A stretch of 64,000 nt of DNA from Actinomycetota bacterium (GCA_009886115.1 VFJJ01000069.1:1-64000); one strand, 5' to 3'; counted from the stretch's first letter, positions 49,268 to 59,855 are shown. Numbers and translations are program-made. The notes: generated by a model from the sequence alone, not told the origin.

Positions 49268-50017
49268 ATGGCCCGGTCTGCGCTCGAACTCGTCCAGGCC
49301 ACGGCGGCGCCGATCAACGCCGCTGGCGCCCCGTGGTTCTTCTCTCCGGCCACGATCGAGCGTGGCACCGCGGTCGGGTTCCCCAACGTCTTCGTGCTCT
49401 ACGGACGCGGCCGCGGCGGGGTGCTCGGTGAGGTCGATGCCGACGTGGTCGCGGCTGCCTTCGGGTACTTCAACCCGACGACGGTGCGCGACATCTGGGA
49501 TCAGGGCCGTGCGGTCATGGAGGCCCGAGCGGCGGGCGACCACTACGCAGCATCCTGCGCGGCGTTCTACCGCGACAAGCTCGCGACGTTCGCCGGCGCG
49601 GCCCGCCTGGCTGAGCTGGCCGAGACGCTCGTCGACGCCGTCGAGCCGTGCGGGCTCCCGCTGTTCGCAGCGTGGCGGGCTCAGCCCCTCCCCGACGACG
49701 CTCCGGCTCGGGCCGGTCAGCTCCTCCAGGTGATGCGCGAGTTGCGGGGCAGCGCGCACATCGTGGCCACGACCTCGGTGGGGCTCTCGCCGTCCCAGGC
49801 GATCCTGGCGAACCCCAAGGCGGGGCCGGCCCGAGCCACGTTCTTCGGCTGGCCCGAGCCCTATCCCGACCCGGTGCCGAATGCCGACCGGTTCCCGAGG
49901 GCCGAGGCCATCACCGACGAGCAGCTCGTGGCCTCACACCAGATGCTGGTCGAGGCCGGCGCGGGCGACGAGTTCGCCGACCTGGTGCTCGCCGCCCACG
50001 GCATCATCACCAGCTGA
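49268..50017 (+). CDS. SCO6745-like actinobacterial conserved protein
   Basis: YGRGRGGVLG, VVAAAFGYFNP, PLFAAWR, MRELRGSAH, FGWPEP. Confidence 0.75.
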   Translation: MARSALELVQATAAPINAAGAPWFFSPATIERGTAVGFPNVFVLYGRGRGGVLGEVDADVVAAAFGYFNPTTVRDIWDQGRAVMEARAAGDHYAASCAAFYRDKLATFAGAARLAELAETLVDAVEPCGLPLFAAWRAQPLPDDAPARAGQLLQVMRELRGSAHIVATTSVGLSPSQAILANPKAGPARATFFGWPEPYPDPVPNADRFPRAEAITDEQLVASHQMLVEAGAGDEFADLVLAAHGIITS

Positions 50018-50043
50018 CGGCCCAGGCCGCGGCCGGCGTTCGC

Positions 50044-50856
50044 TCACGGGCGCTCGGCCTCGGTCATCGACAACCCGAAGTCCTCGACGGCGGCCTCGGG
50101 CTCGGGGGCGCGGAGGAACAGGGTCTCGACCCCCATACCGGCGCTGGCGAAGAGGGCCTCGTAGGTCGATGCGATCTGGACGGCCACATCGTCGGCCGCC
50201 ATCATCGCCGTCCTGAACCCCTGGCGTTGCCAGTGCGGGATGAGCGCTGCCATGTGCTCGGGCAGGAACTGGTCGCCGAACTCCGTTGGCCACGTGGGAC
50301 CGATCACGATCTTCATGAAGCGCCGCCCGCCAACCTCTTCGGTGCGCCAGCACCGCAGCGTGCTCTCGAGCGCGGCCTTGGCGGCGGCGTACGCACCGAG
50401 CGAATGACGCGGTTCCTCGACCGAGTCGGACGACACGCAGGCCACCACCGAGTCGGCGCTGAGGTGTCGGAGCGCGGCGGCGATCACGAGGTTGGGACCG
50501 AAGGTGTTCACCGCGAAGATCCTGTGCCACTGATCGGCAGTGAGGTCACGCAGGCGCGCCAGCGGCGACATCCCCGCGGTGTAGAGCACGCCGTCGAGTC
50601 CACCAAGTCGCTCGGCAGCCTCATCGACGGCTCGCGGGACGTCGGCCGGGTCGAGCACGTCGATGGTGACAGCGATCCCCGAACCGGCTTCGGCCACGGC
50701 CTCGTCGAGGCGCTCGCGCCGGCGGGCTGCGAAGGCCACGGAGGCTCCGCAGCGCGCGAACGCCATCGCGGTGGCTCGACCCATCCCCGACGACGCGCCG
50801 ACGACCAGCACACGACGACCTTCGAGAGCTCCCACGTTCGTTTCCTCCATCGTCAT
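50044..50856 (-). CDS. SDR oxidoreductase
   Basis: VGASSGMG, YAAAK. Confidence 0.85.
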   Translation of the reverse strand: MTMEETNVGALEGRRVLVVGASSGMGRATAMAFARCGASVAFAARRRERLDEAVAEAGSGIAVTIDVLDPADVPRAVDEAAERLGGLDGVLYTAGMSPLARLRDLTADQWHRIFAVNTFGPNLVIAAALRHLSADSVVACVSSDSVEEPRHSLGAYAAAKAALESTLRCWRTEEVGGRRFMKIVIGPTWPTEFGDQFLPEHMAALIPHWQRQGFRTAMMAADDVAVQIASTYEALFASAGMGVETLFLRAPEPEAAVEDFGLSMTEAERP

Positions 50857-50932
50857 CGGGTCGCGATCATCACGCGCCGACAGCTTCACGCGCCAGGTTG
50901 AACTCATGCATCATCGAGCCGCGCACCCGGGG

Positions 50933-52117
50933 TCAGAGCCGGTAGAACGTGCGGGCCGTGGCGCCCATGACGAGCCTCTGCGACGCCTCGGGGAGCGACG
51001 CGACCGCGCTCCGGAGCTCGTGCACGACGCCGGGGATCTTGGCGTCGGGATGCGGGTAGTCGGACGCCCACAGGATCTTGTCGGCCCCGAGGTGCTCGGC
51101 CGTGAACGCCAACGCCGTCTCGTCGGGATCGAAGCTGATCATGCACTGGCGGGCGAACATCTCGCTGGGCAGGCTCGACTGGTCACGGCTGCCGAAGATC
51201 TTGATCTGGTGGTCGAAGCGCTCGAGCATGGGCACGATCCAGCCTCCGGTGCCTTCGAGGAACGCCACCCGCAGATCGGGATGGCGTTCGCAGATCCCCC
51301 CGAGCACGAAGTACGCAAGTGCCATCTGGAGATCGAGGGCGTTGGTGAGGCCCTGCCGCAACGCCAGACCGTCGGACGGGTCGGTGACGCCATCGGCCAA
51401 CCCCATGAGCCGGCAGACGTTGGGCATGTCGCCGTGCGGTGACGGGTGCACGCCGATCGGGCATCCCAGCGCGGCGGCCGCGGCCCAGAACGGGTCGTAG
51501 TCGGGGTGGTTCAGCTTCTTCGTGCCGAGGTAGGGGGCGGGCCTCACCATCACGGCCTTGAAACCCAACTGGTCGACACACCGCCTCATCTCGACGATCG
51601 CCGCGTCGATGTCCTGGACGGGCAGCACGCCCACGCCGTAGAGCCGGCTCGGCGCCGCCGCGCAGTAGTCGCGTAGCCAGTTGTTGTAGGCCCGGCAGGC
51701 CGCGCCCAGCACGTCAGCCTCCTCGACCCACGAGAGCATCGCCGTGGGATACAACACCGCGGCGTCGATCCCTTCCTCGTCCATGTCGACGAGACGAGCG
51801 TGGGGATCGCGTCCTCCGGGGCGCGACATGTGCGAGCGCGCGGCCTCGTCCCACAGATCGGTACCCACGGCGTCACCGGCCCAGCTGGCCTCGGGATCGT
51901 TTCGCGCCCCGCCATAGGCCGCGGCGGCGCTGGCGGCCGGGTAGGCCCGACCGATCGCCGTGGCCTGGACCCAACCGCCCGGGCACGACAGCTGCTCCCG
52001 AAAGGCCGGCTCTGCGTACTCGCTCCACACGGTGTCGGGCTCGATCACGTGCCCGTCGGAGTCGATGACCTCGATCCGCGGCGTCGGGTCGGTCGGGATC
52101 GCGGGGATGCTCGACAT
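50933..52117 (-). CDS. Amidohydrolase_2 family protein
   Basis: IDSDGHVIEP, DMDEEGID, AYNNWL, LEGTGGW, WASDYPHPD. Confidence 0.9.
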   Translation of the reverse strand: MSSIPAIPTDPTPRIEVIDSDGHVIEPDTVWSEYAEPAFREQLSCPGGWVQATAIGRAYPAASAAAAYGGARNDPEASWAGDAVGTDLWDEAARSHMSRPGGRDPHARLVDMDEEGIDAAVLYPTAMLSWVEEADVLGAACRAYNNWLRDYCAAAPSRLYGVGVLPVQDIDAAIVEMRRCVDQLGFKAVMVRPAPYLGTKKLNHPDYDPFWAAAAALGCPIGVHPSPHGDMPNVCRLMGLADGVTDPSDGLALRQGLTNALDLQMALAYFVLGGICERHPDLRVAFLEGTGGWIVPMLERFDHQIKIFGSRDQSSLPSEMFARQCMISFDPDETALAFTAEHLGADKILWASDYPHPDAKIPGVVHELRSAVASLPEASQRLVMGATARTFYRL

Positions 52118-52174
52118 GCGTGCTCCGTCCTCGATGGTTGGTGAGACGGTGTCGGAAGCGTCGCCGCCCCGGAG

Positions 52175-53020
52175 CTACCAGAGCTCGTCGATGTAGGCGT
52201 CGGTACCGATCTTGGTCGCGATGAACGGGGCGGCGAAGACGATCTGCGCCAGTCCGCTGGCAGCCAGGGCATCGGCGAGGCGGTGCTGCTGCTCCCACGA
52301 GTCGAGCGGATCGCCTTCGACGAACTGGAGGAGGAAGGTGCGCCGAGCCCCTTCGGGATCGTCGGGCACGAACTCGGCCTTGGTGGGCAGCAACGGGATG
52401 TAGGACCAGCTCGAAACGTTCGCGACGGGCGTGTCGGCGATCCAGGCCGACAAGTTGCCGTCGAACCAATCGTCGATGCGGGCCTGCTCGACGCCTTCCG
52501 CGGCCTCGACCCACATGGCGACCATGCCGGGATAGCGGTAGTCGGGCGCCATCTCGAGGAGGACAGGGTCGCGGTCACGGTACGCACGCCACTCGTAGCG
52601 GTAGGTCCCGGTGTTGTAGTGGGTGCGCGAGTTGAAGCCCCGGTCGAGTTCGTAGAGCTCCAGCGCCTGGGGCGTCGACCATTCCAACCAGCTCTCGTGG
52701 GCCCCGTCGAGCATGTAGTAGACGCAGGCGTACGAGCCGGCGTCGCGAGCGAACGGCATGTCGGGATGGTCGGGGAAGCGGGCGTCCTTGTGGCGACGGG
52801 TGGCGACCCAGCGGCTCCCGGCGAAGTTGTTGGCGCCGATCATGCAGCCCGCGTAGTAGTGGTCTCGTTCGTACCACCGGTTGTACGCGAACTCATGACC
52901 CCGATGCGGGTCGGTGAACACCCACAGCATGCTGCCCACCTTGATGGGCTCGGCGTGCTCGCGAAGCACCCGTCCCGGCGCAAACGCGTTGGGATGGGCG
53001 TAACGCTCTTCGGTCGTCAT
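52175..53020 (-). CDS. Hypothetical protein, EthD/alpha-beta barrel-like
   Basis: DPHRGHEFAYNRWYERDH motif; strong GC3 coding pattern; GGAGAG RBS. Confidence 0.7.
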   Translation of the reverse strand: MTTEERYAHPNAFAPGRVLREHAEPIKVGSMLWVFTDPHRGHEFAYNRWYERDHYYAGCMIGANNFAGSRWVATRRHKDARFPDHPDMPFARDAGSYACVYYMLDGAHESWLEWSTPQALELYELDRGFNSRTHYNTGTYRYEWRAYRDRDPVLLEMAPDYRYPGMVAMWVEAAEGVEQARIDDWFDGNLSAWIADTPVANVSSWSYIPLLPTKAEFVPDDPEGARRTFLLQFVEGDPLDSWEQQHRLADALAASGLAQIVFAAPFIATKIGTDAYIDELW

Positions 53021-53066
53021 GGCTCTCTCCAGGTGCGCACGCTGCCAGCTCGGCAGGTGGAGCCGG

Positions 53067-53591
53067 TCACGGGCTCGCGACGGCGAACGTATCGCAGCTC
53101 GCGGGGTCGCCGGGAGCGCCGAGCTGCTCGGCCAGCTGCGCCATGAACGTGGGGGCGATGTACACCAGGTTGTCGCCCGGCGCCGGGCAGCAGAAGGGCC
53201 CAGCCTGGGCCTGCCCCAGACCACAGCCGGTCTGGATGGCCTCGGTGTACACCTGGAGCCTCGTGCGGGTGTAGGTCTGGCCCGCCTCGTCGAAATGCTG
53301 CTGCCACACACCTTGCACGTTGTCGAGCACGAACCCCATGAAGGCCTCGAACTCGTCGACGTCGGCACCCACGCCCGGCGAATCGGGCGGAGGGCTCCCA
53401 CTCACGGCCTGACCGCCGCCCGTCAGGATCTGACCCAGGATGTCGTCGATCCCCCCGGCGCCCGAGCCCGCGCCGTCACCACCGGTGCCCCCGCAACTCC
53501 GGCTCAGCACGACGATGGCCAGGATCACGAGGATTCCGGGTCCGCCGATCTTGCCGCCCAACGGAATCCCGCCCGGTCCACGTGCTCTCAC
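53067..53591 (-). pseudogene. Truncated neutral zinc metallopeptidase (YpfJ-like)
   Basis: Gly-rich segment plus TM, VLDNVQGVW, QTGCG, GPFCCP, VYI, LGAPGD; stops just where the HExxH motif should follow. Confidence 0.7.
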
Positions 53592-53615
53592 CTGCGGTCT
53601 CGGTAGCCTCTGGCG

Positions 53616-54647
53616 ATGCCTGATCCCCGGGGTCTCGTCGACCTGCGCTCCGACACGGTGACCCGTCCCACGAACGCGATGCGGGCTGCCATGGCCACCG
53701 CCGATGTGGGCGACGACTGCTACGGGGAGGACCCCACCGTCAATCGCTTGCAGGAGAAGGCGGCCGCCCTCCTCGGCATGGAGGCCGGCCTGTTCGTCCC
53801 CAGCGGCCGGATGGCGAACCTGCTGGCCCTGCGCGTGCTCGCCCGGCCCGGCACCGAGGTGCTGTGCCCGGCCCGCTGCCACATCCGCTCGTTCGAGGAC
53901 GCCGCGGCGCCCGTCATCGCTGGCGTGCAGCCGCACCCGCTACCCGACCTGAACGGCAGCTTCGTGCCCGAGTCGATCGATGCCGCCATGGCCGACACCC
54001 ACGAGCACCTCGCGGCCATCTCGCTCGTCACCATCGAGAACACCCACATGGCTTCGGGCGGGCAGGTCTCGAACCGGGCGCACGTTCAGGCCGTGGCCGA
54101 CGCGGCGGCGCGCCACGGTCTCCCGGTCTACTGCGACGGCGCCCGGATCTTCAACGCCGCGGCGGCGTTGGGGGTCGAGCCGGCCGCGCTCGTCGCTCCG
54201 GTCACGGCGGCGATGTTCTGCTTCTCCAAGGGATTGTGCGCTCCCGTGGGCTCGATGCTCGTCGGCACGACCGACACGATCGCGGCGGCGCGCTACGAGC
54301 GAGCCCGTCTGGGTGGCACCATGCGCCAGGCCGGGGTGATCGCCGCAGCCGCCGAGGTCGCGCTCGACTCGATGATCGACCGTCTCGCCGACGACCACGT
54401 CCGAGCGCGCCGGCTGGCCGACGCGCTGCGTGAGCGCTTCGCTCGGTCGGTCGATCCCGAGACGGTCGTCACCAACATCGTCTGTGTCGATGCGACCGGA
54501 ATGCCCATCGACTTCCTCGATCGCCTGGCCCGACACGGGATCCTGGGTGGCATGCTCGGCGCGGGCACAATCCGGTTCGTCACCCACCACGATGTCGATG
54601 ACGCCGACATCGATCGCGTCATCGTCGCGCTCGACGCGATCGTGTGA
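53616..54647 (+). CDS. ltaE: Low-specificity L-threonine aldolase
   Basis: [44 protein letters not shown]. Confidence 0.9.
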   Translation: MPDPRGLVDLRSDTVTRPTNAMRAAMATADVGDDCYGEDPTVNRLQEKAAALLGMEAGLFVPSGRMANLLALRVLARPGTEVLCPARCHIRSFEDAAAPVIAGVQPHPLPDLNGSFVPESIDAAMADTHEHLAAISLVTIENTHMASGGQVSNRAHVQAVADAAARHGLPVYCDGARIFNAAAALGVEPAALVAPVTAAMFCFSKGLCAPVGSMLVGTTDTIAAARYERARLGGTMRQAGVIAAAAEVALDSMIDRLADDHVRARRLADALRERFARSVDPETVVTNIVCVDATGMPIDFLDRLARHGILGGMLGAGTIRFVTHHDVDDADIDRVIVALDAIV

Positions 54648-54665
54648 CCCGACGCAGGATGTGAC

Positions 54666-56762
54666 GTGATCAGGAGCATCCCCGTTGCCGAGCCGTTGTG
54701 GACCCCGTCGCCCGAGCGGATCGGGGCCACGGCCATGGCCCGCCTCCTGCGCTCGACCGGGTTCGCCGACTACGAGGCGCTCCACGCGTGGTCGGTCGCC
54801 GAGCCGGGGCCGTTCTGGCGCACGATGTGGGACGACATGGGCATCATCGGCAGCCGGGGCCCTGACGATCGGGCGCTCGTGCGGCGTGCCGGGACCACGG
54901 ACGTCGCCCACGACAGCGACCTCGGCGGGTCGATGCGCGATGCCCGCTTCTTCCCCGACGCCCGTCTGAACGTGGCCGAGAACCTGCTCGACGGCCGGGG
55001 GCAGCCCCCCGATTCCCCCGCGCTCATCTTCCGCGGCGAGGACGGGCGCCGCGAGGTCTGGTCGTGGGGGAGGCTGCGCACGACCGCCACCGGGGTCGCC
55101 CGTGCCCTCCGAGACGACGGCGTGGCACCAGGCGAGCGGGTCGTGGCGTGGATGCCCAACGTCCCCGAGACCGTGGCCTTCATGCTCGGGGCCACGAGCA
55201 TCGGCGCCGTGTTCTCGTCGACCTCGCCCGACTTCGGGGTCGACGGGGTCATCGACAGATTCGGACAGATACAACCTGTCGTGCTCTTGGCCGCGGCGCG
55301 TTACACCTATGGCGGCAAGGAGCTCGACTGCCTCGAGCGCCTCGGGCAGATCGTCGATCGCCTGCCGAGCCTGCGCCGAGCCGTCCTCCTCGGCCCAGAC
55401 GACCCGATGCACAGCAGCACGACGTCGACGTCTTCCTGGGAAGCATGGCTCGGCGACGACACCAACGACACCAACGACACCAACGACACCCACGGCTCCG
55501 GGACGCCCGAGGCGTTCGAGCGGTTCCCGTACGACCTCCCGTGGTACGTGCTCTACAGCTCGGGCACGACCGGGCCGCCCAAGTGCATCGTGCACCGGAC
55601 CGGGGGTGTGCTGCTCAAGCACCTCGTCGAGCAGCAGCTCCACTGCGACGTGCGGCCCGGCGACCGCGTCATGTACTTCACGACCACCGGCTGGATGATG
55701 TGGAACTGGTTGGTGTCGGCGCTGGCCTCGGGCGCCACGGCGATCCTCTACGACGGCTCACCCCTGTACCCCGGGCCCGAGGCGTTGTTCCGTATCGCCG
55801 ACGAGGAGGCCGTCACGCTGTTCGGCGTGAGCGCCAAGTTCATCGACTCGGTCAAGAAGGCCGGTTACCACCCTCGCGACAACACAGGCCTCTCGAAGCT
55901 CCGCACCATCTGCAGCACGGGATCGCCCCTGTCACCCGAGTCGTTCGCGTTCGTGTACGAGGCGATCGCCGACGATGTTCACCTGGCCTCGATCTCCGGC
56001 GGCACCGATCTGTGCGGTTGCCTCGTAGCGGGCGATCCGATGTCGCCCGTGTTCGCCGGCGAGATCCAACGCGCCGCGCTGGGCATGGCGATCGAGGTGT
56101 GGGACGACGACGGCCACCCCGTGGTGGACGAGCGGGGTGAGCTGGTGTGCACGGCCCCGTTCCCCTCGATGCCACTCGGGTTCTGGGGCGACGACGACGG
56201 CCGGCGCTACCGCAGCGCCTACTTCGAGCGCTTCGCCGTGCGAGACGATGCCCACGACGGCCAACCGGGCGAGGTGTGGGCCCAGGGCGACTTCGCGACC
56301 CACACGTCGAACGGGGGCTTCGTCATCCACGGGCGCTCCGACACGACCCTCAACCCGGGCGGCGTGCGGATCGGCACCGCAGAGATCTACCGCCAGGTCG
56401 AGCAGATCGCCGATGTGGTCGAGTCGCTCGTGTTCGGGCAGGAGGTGCCCGACGCAGCCGGCGCGCTCGACACCGAGATCGTCCTGCTCGTTCGCCTCGC
56501 GTCCGGGCTGACCCTCACCGACGACCTCGAGGTCGACATCCGGCGACGCATCCGGACGGGCTGCACGCCCCGGCACGTCCCGGGCCTGATCGTCGCCGTC
56601 GACGACCTGCCCCGCACGCGGAGTGGCAAGTTGGCCGAGCTGGCCGTCACCGACGCCGTCAACGGCCGGGCCGTTCGCAACACCGAGGCCCTGGCCAATC
56701 CCGAGACGCTGCACGACATCGCCCGGCGAGTGACCGAGCGGAGAGAGACGAGGACGCCATGA
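54666..56762 (+). CDS. Acetoacetate-CoA ligase
   Basis: LWTPS, LYSSGTTGPPKCIVH, TTTGWMMWNW, SISGGTD, GRSDTTLNPGGVRIGTAE, RTRSGK; in-frame (GACACCAAC)x3 at 55458-55484. Confidence 0.92.
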   Translation: MIRSIPVAEPLWTPSPERIGATAMARLLRSTGFADYEALHAWSVAEPGPFWRTMWDDMGIIGSRGPDDRALVRRAGTTDVAHDSDLGGSMRDARFFPDARLNVAENLLDGRGQPPDSPALIFRGEDGRREVWSWGRLRTTATGVARALRDDGVAPGERVVAWMPNVPETVAFMLGATSIGAVFSSTSPDFGVDGVIDRFGQIQPVVLLAAARYTYGGKELDCLERLGQIVDRLPSLRRAVLLGPDDPMHSSTTSTSSWEAWLGDDTNDTNDTNDTHGSGTPEAFERFPYDLPWYVLYSSGTTGPPKCIVHRTGGVLLKHLVEQQLHCDVRPGDRVMYFTTTGWMMWNWLVSALASGATAILYDGSPLYPGPEALFRIADEEAVTLFGVSAKFIDSVKKAGYHPRDNTGLSKLRTICSTGSPLSPESFAFVYEAIADDVHLASISGGTDLCGCLVAGDPMSPVFAGEIQRAALGMAIEVWDDDGHPVVDERGELVCTAPFPSMPLGFWGDDDGRRYRSAYFERFAVRDDAHDGQPGEVWAQGDFATHTSNGGFVIHGRSDTTLNPGGVRIGTAEIYRQVEQIADVVESLVFGQEVPDAAGALDTEIVLLVRLASGLTLTDDLEVDIRRRIRTGCTPRHVPGLIVAVDDLPRTRSGKLAELAVTDAVNGRAVRNTEALANPETLHDIARRVTERRETRTP

Positions 56763-57757
56763 CCGGTTTCGGGCTGCGATTCGACATGCGGGCGCCGGAG
56801 ATCGCCCCCACGACGCTGACCGAGCGTTACGCCGCGGCGCTCGACATGTGCGAGTGGGCCGACGGGCTGGGTTGCGCCAACATCGTCGTCTCCGAGCACC
56901 ACGGCTCGGCCGACGGGTACCTTCCGTCGCCGATGGTGTTCGCGGCTGCGGTGGCCGCTCGCACCACGAACGCCAAGATCGTGCTCAGCGCGCTCATCGC
57001 TCCGCTCCACGACCCGCTGCGGGCTGCCGAGGACCTGGCGATCCTCGACGTGATCTCGGGCGGCCGCTTGATCGTCACGGTGGGAGCGGGCTACGTGCCG
57101 TCGGAGTTCGCCATGTTCGACCGCCGCCTCGACGACCGGGCGGCCCTGGTCGAGGAGGCGGTGACGGTCTTCCAGCAGGCGTGGACGGGCGAGGAGTTCG
57201 AGTTCCGTGGGCGAACGGCTCGCATCACCCCGAAGCCGGTGCAGCAGCCCCGGCCGCCGATCCTGCTCGGGGGCTCGACCAAGGGAGCCGCTCGACGAGC
57301 CGCCCGCCTGGGCGACTGGTTCAGCCCCGGGGCGCCCGGCCTGTGGGAGACCTACCGGGCCGAGGTGCAACGACTCAAGGGCTTCGACCCCGGACCCGAG
57401 CTGGGAGGCGGACCCATCTATCTCCACATCGCCGACGATCCCGACGCGGCGTGGGAACGGATCGCCCCGTACGCCATGCACGAGATGAACTCGTACGGCA
57501 CGTGGTGGCGCGAGAGCAACGACGCCGGGTACCCGATGGCCTCGCCGTACTCGCCGGTCGCCGACGCCGACGCGTTGCGGGCCATGGGCGTGTACCCGGT
57601 GCTCACGCCGGCTGAGACCGTCGAGCTCGCCGGGACCCTGGGCGAGACCGGCCTGTTGATGTTCCACCCGCTGATGGGGGGCACCGACCCCGAGCTGGCG
57701 TGGGAGAGCCTGCGCCTGTTCGAGACCGACGTGCTGGCCGTGCTCAAGGGTTCGTGA
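56759..57757 (+). CDS. LLM-class flavin-dependent oxidoreductase
   Basis: RFDMRAP, SEHHG, YLPSP, AEDLAILD.ISGGR, RAARLGD. Confidence 0.9.
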   Translation: MTGFGLRFDMRAPEIAPTTLTERYAAALDMCEWADGLGCANIVVSEHHGSADGYLPSPMVFAAAVAARTTNAKIVLSALIAPLHDPLRAAEDLAILDVISGGRLIVTVGAGYVPSEFAMFDRRLDDRAALVEEAVTVFQQAWTGEEFEFRGRTARITPKPVQQPRPPILLGGSTKGAARRAARLGDWFSPGAPGLWETYRAEVQRLKGFDPGPELGGGPIYLHIADDPDAAWERIAPYAMHEMNSYGTWWRESNDAGYPMASPYSPVADADALRAMGVYPVLTPAETVELAGTLGETGLLMFHPLMGGTDPELAWESLRLFETDVLAVLKGS

Positions 57758-58226
57758 CCGCACCTGGAGCGACCACCGGCACGAAGTACGGGAGCGTGAT
57801 CTCGTCGTCGATCGCGCGGAACTCGACCCTGACCCGCATCCCGATGGCGACATCGTCGGGCCGACAGCCGATCACGTTGCTCATCATCTGGTAGCCCTCG
57901 TCGAGGTCGACGATCGCCACGGCGTAGGGCACGGTGAACGCCGGGGTCTGGGGTCGGTGCACGACGGTCCACGAGTAGACCGACCCCACGCCAGCGCTGC
58001 GCTCCCACGCCAGATCGGACGACAGGCACTGCCGGCAGGCCGGCGCCGGGTTGAACACGGTGGCCGAGCAGGCGCGGCAGCGTTGGAAGAGGAGCTCGCC
58101 GCGCCGGCACCCGTCCCAGTAGGGCTTCGACACCACGGTCGGGCGGGGTAGCGGGATCCCGGCCCCCTGGGCGTCGAGCTCTCCCTCGGCCAGGCTCCAC
58201 TCGCGGCTCGGACCCCCCGCGGTCAC
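57744..58226 (-). CDS. Zn-ribbon/OB-fold protein (DUF35)
   Basis: QRCRAC, CRQC, VYSWTVVH, PYAVAIVDLDEG. Confidence 0.9.
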   Translation of the reverse strand: MTAGGPSREWSLAEGELDAQGAGIPLPRPTVVSKPYWDGCRRGELLFQRCRACSATVFNPAPACRQCLSSDLAWERSAGVGSVYSWTVVHRPQTPAFTVPYAVAIVDLDEGYQMMSNVIGCRPDDVAIGMRVRVEFRAIDDEITLPYFVPVVAPGAVTNP

Positions 58227-59395
58227 GCCGCCTCCTTGCCGAGCAGCATCACGTCGGTGAACAAGGCGCCGGGCCCGCCGTTGCTGCACATGGCGACCTC
58301 GGCCCCGGCGACCTGTCGGCTCAGGCACCCACCCCGGAGCTGCTGCACCGACCGGATGACACGTTGCAACAACTGCACCGTCGCGCCGCCGTGCGAGAAG
58401 GCCATCAGCCCGCCGTCGGTCGTGATGGGAGAGCGACCCCCGACCTCGATGGTGCCGTCCATCACGAACTCGCCGCCTTCGCCCTCGCCGCAGAAGCCGA
58501 ACGCCTCGAACTGGCGGATGATCTCGAACGAGAACGGATCGTAGAACTCGCACACGTCGACGTCGCTGGGAGTCAAGCCGCACATGGCGAACGCTCGCTG
58601 CGCCGCCAGCCGCCCCGCCCACCCGTTGGCGTACTCGGTCCCGAGACGGCCGGTGAGGTCGAAGACGGGAGGATGCTGGTACGACGGTCCGTAGCTGTCG
58701 CCCCCTCCGCCGAGCAGCCAGACCGGAGCCTGCGCCAGATCACGCGCCCGCTCCCCGGTGGTGAGCACCAAGGCGGCGCCGCCCTCACTCGTCATCGAGC
58801 AGTCGAGGAGGTGGAAGGGATCGGCGACCATGCGCGAGTCGAGGATGTCCTGCGGGGTGAACGGGCCCCGCCCGGAGTAGATGGCGTCGGGGTGGACGTG
58901 GCCGTTGTTGCGGATCGTCGCCGCGACCGTGGCCAGGTGCTCGGGTTTCGTGCCGTACATGTGCATGTGGCGCCGGGCGATCAGGGCGAACTCGGCTGCG
59001 GTGAACAAGCCCCACGGCACGACGAACTCGTTCGCGGGACGGGTCCACGGCGCGGTCGACTCGCGCTCGGTGTACACCCCGGCCGAGCCCGCCGCGATGA
59101 CGACCGTGGTGGCGAGGCCGGTGGCGATGGCCGATGCCGCTTCGAGCACCTGAGGGATCCCGTCGCCCCGGCCGCTGCGCCAGGCTGGGCCGCAGCCGAG
59201 CTGATAGATCCACTGCGTGCCCTGACCGCCGATCGACACGCCGTCGAGGTCCTTCGGCCCGAGCCCGGCGTCGGCCAGCACACCGCGAACGGCGTCGAGG
59301 GTGATCGTGTCCGACGTGTGACCGTCGAGCACCCGGGCCTGCGCTGTGTTGTGGACGCCGACGATGGCGACGTCGTGCAGCGGGTGTCGGGCCAT
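58223..59395 (-). CDS. Thiolase-like protein (SCP2/Ltp2 type)
   Basis: VAIVGV, PFHLLDCS, YDPFS, TDGGLMAFSH; no N-terminal catalytic Cys motif. Confidence 0.88.
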   Translation of the reverse strand: MARHPLHDVAIVGVHNTAQARVLDGHTSDTITLDAVRGVLADAGLGPKDLDGVSIGGQGTQWIYQLGCGPAWRSGRGDGIPQVLEAASAIATGLATTVVIAAGSAGVYTERESTAPWTRPANEFVVPWGLFTAAEFALIARRHMHMYGTKPEHLATVAATIRNNGHVHPDAIYSGRGPFTPQDILDSRMVADPFHLLDCSMTSEGGAALVLTTGERARDLAQAPVWLLGGGGDSYGPSYQHPPVFDLTGRLGTEYANGWAGRLAAQRAFAMCGLTPSDVDVCEFYDPFSFEIIRQFEAFGFCGEGEGGEFVMDGTIEVGGRSPITTDGGLMAFSHGGATVQLLQRVIRSVQQLRGGCLSRQVAGAEVAMCSNGGPGALFTDVMLLGKEAA

Positions 59396-59506
59396 GGAAC
59401 GGAGGCTAACGCCGAGGCGCTCTCGGTGCTCGGCCCCCGACGGGCACGATCACCGACTCCGGCAATAGTCTCCGACTACTACACCGACCCGTCCCAGGAG
59501 ACCCAG

Positions 59507-59812
59507 ATGATCGTCGTCGCCGGCACCCTGCCCATCAACCCTGCCAAGCGTTCCGAGGCCGAAGCGGCGTGCCGGTCGATGTCGGCTGCATGCAAGAGCA
59601 ACGAGCCCGGCTGCCAGGCCTACGAGTTCTCGTGGGACATCACCGAAACCGACACTCTGCGAATCTTCGAGGTCTACACGAGTGCCGACGACCTGGCGTC
59701 GCACATGCAGACCGAGCACTTCAAGGCGTTCGGCGGGCAGCTCGGCGGGCTGCTCGGCGGCGCCCCGGTCTTGGTGAAGTACGAGGTGTCGGCATCGGGC
59801 CCGCTGTTCTGA
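59507..59812 (+). CDS. ABM/putative quinol monooxygenase
   Basis: EPGCQAYEF, FEVY, HMQTEHF; AGGAG RBS. Confidence 0.85.
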   Translation: MIVVAGTLPINPAKRSEAEAACRSMSAACKSNEPGCQAYEFSWDITETDTLRIFEVYTSADDLASHMQTEHFKAFGGQLGGLLGGAPVLVKYEVSASGPLF

Positions 59813-59846
59813 GACGCTGTTTCGAGACGCTGTTTCGAGACGCTGT
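59811..59846. repeat. Tandem repeat (GAGACGCTGTTTC) x about 2.8
   Basis: Begins within the stop codon of the ABM gene. Confidence 0.85.
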
Positions 59847-59855
59847 CCTGAGAGC

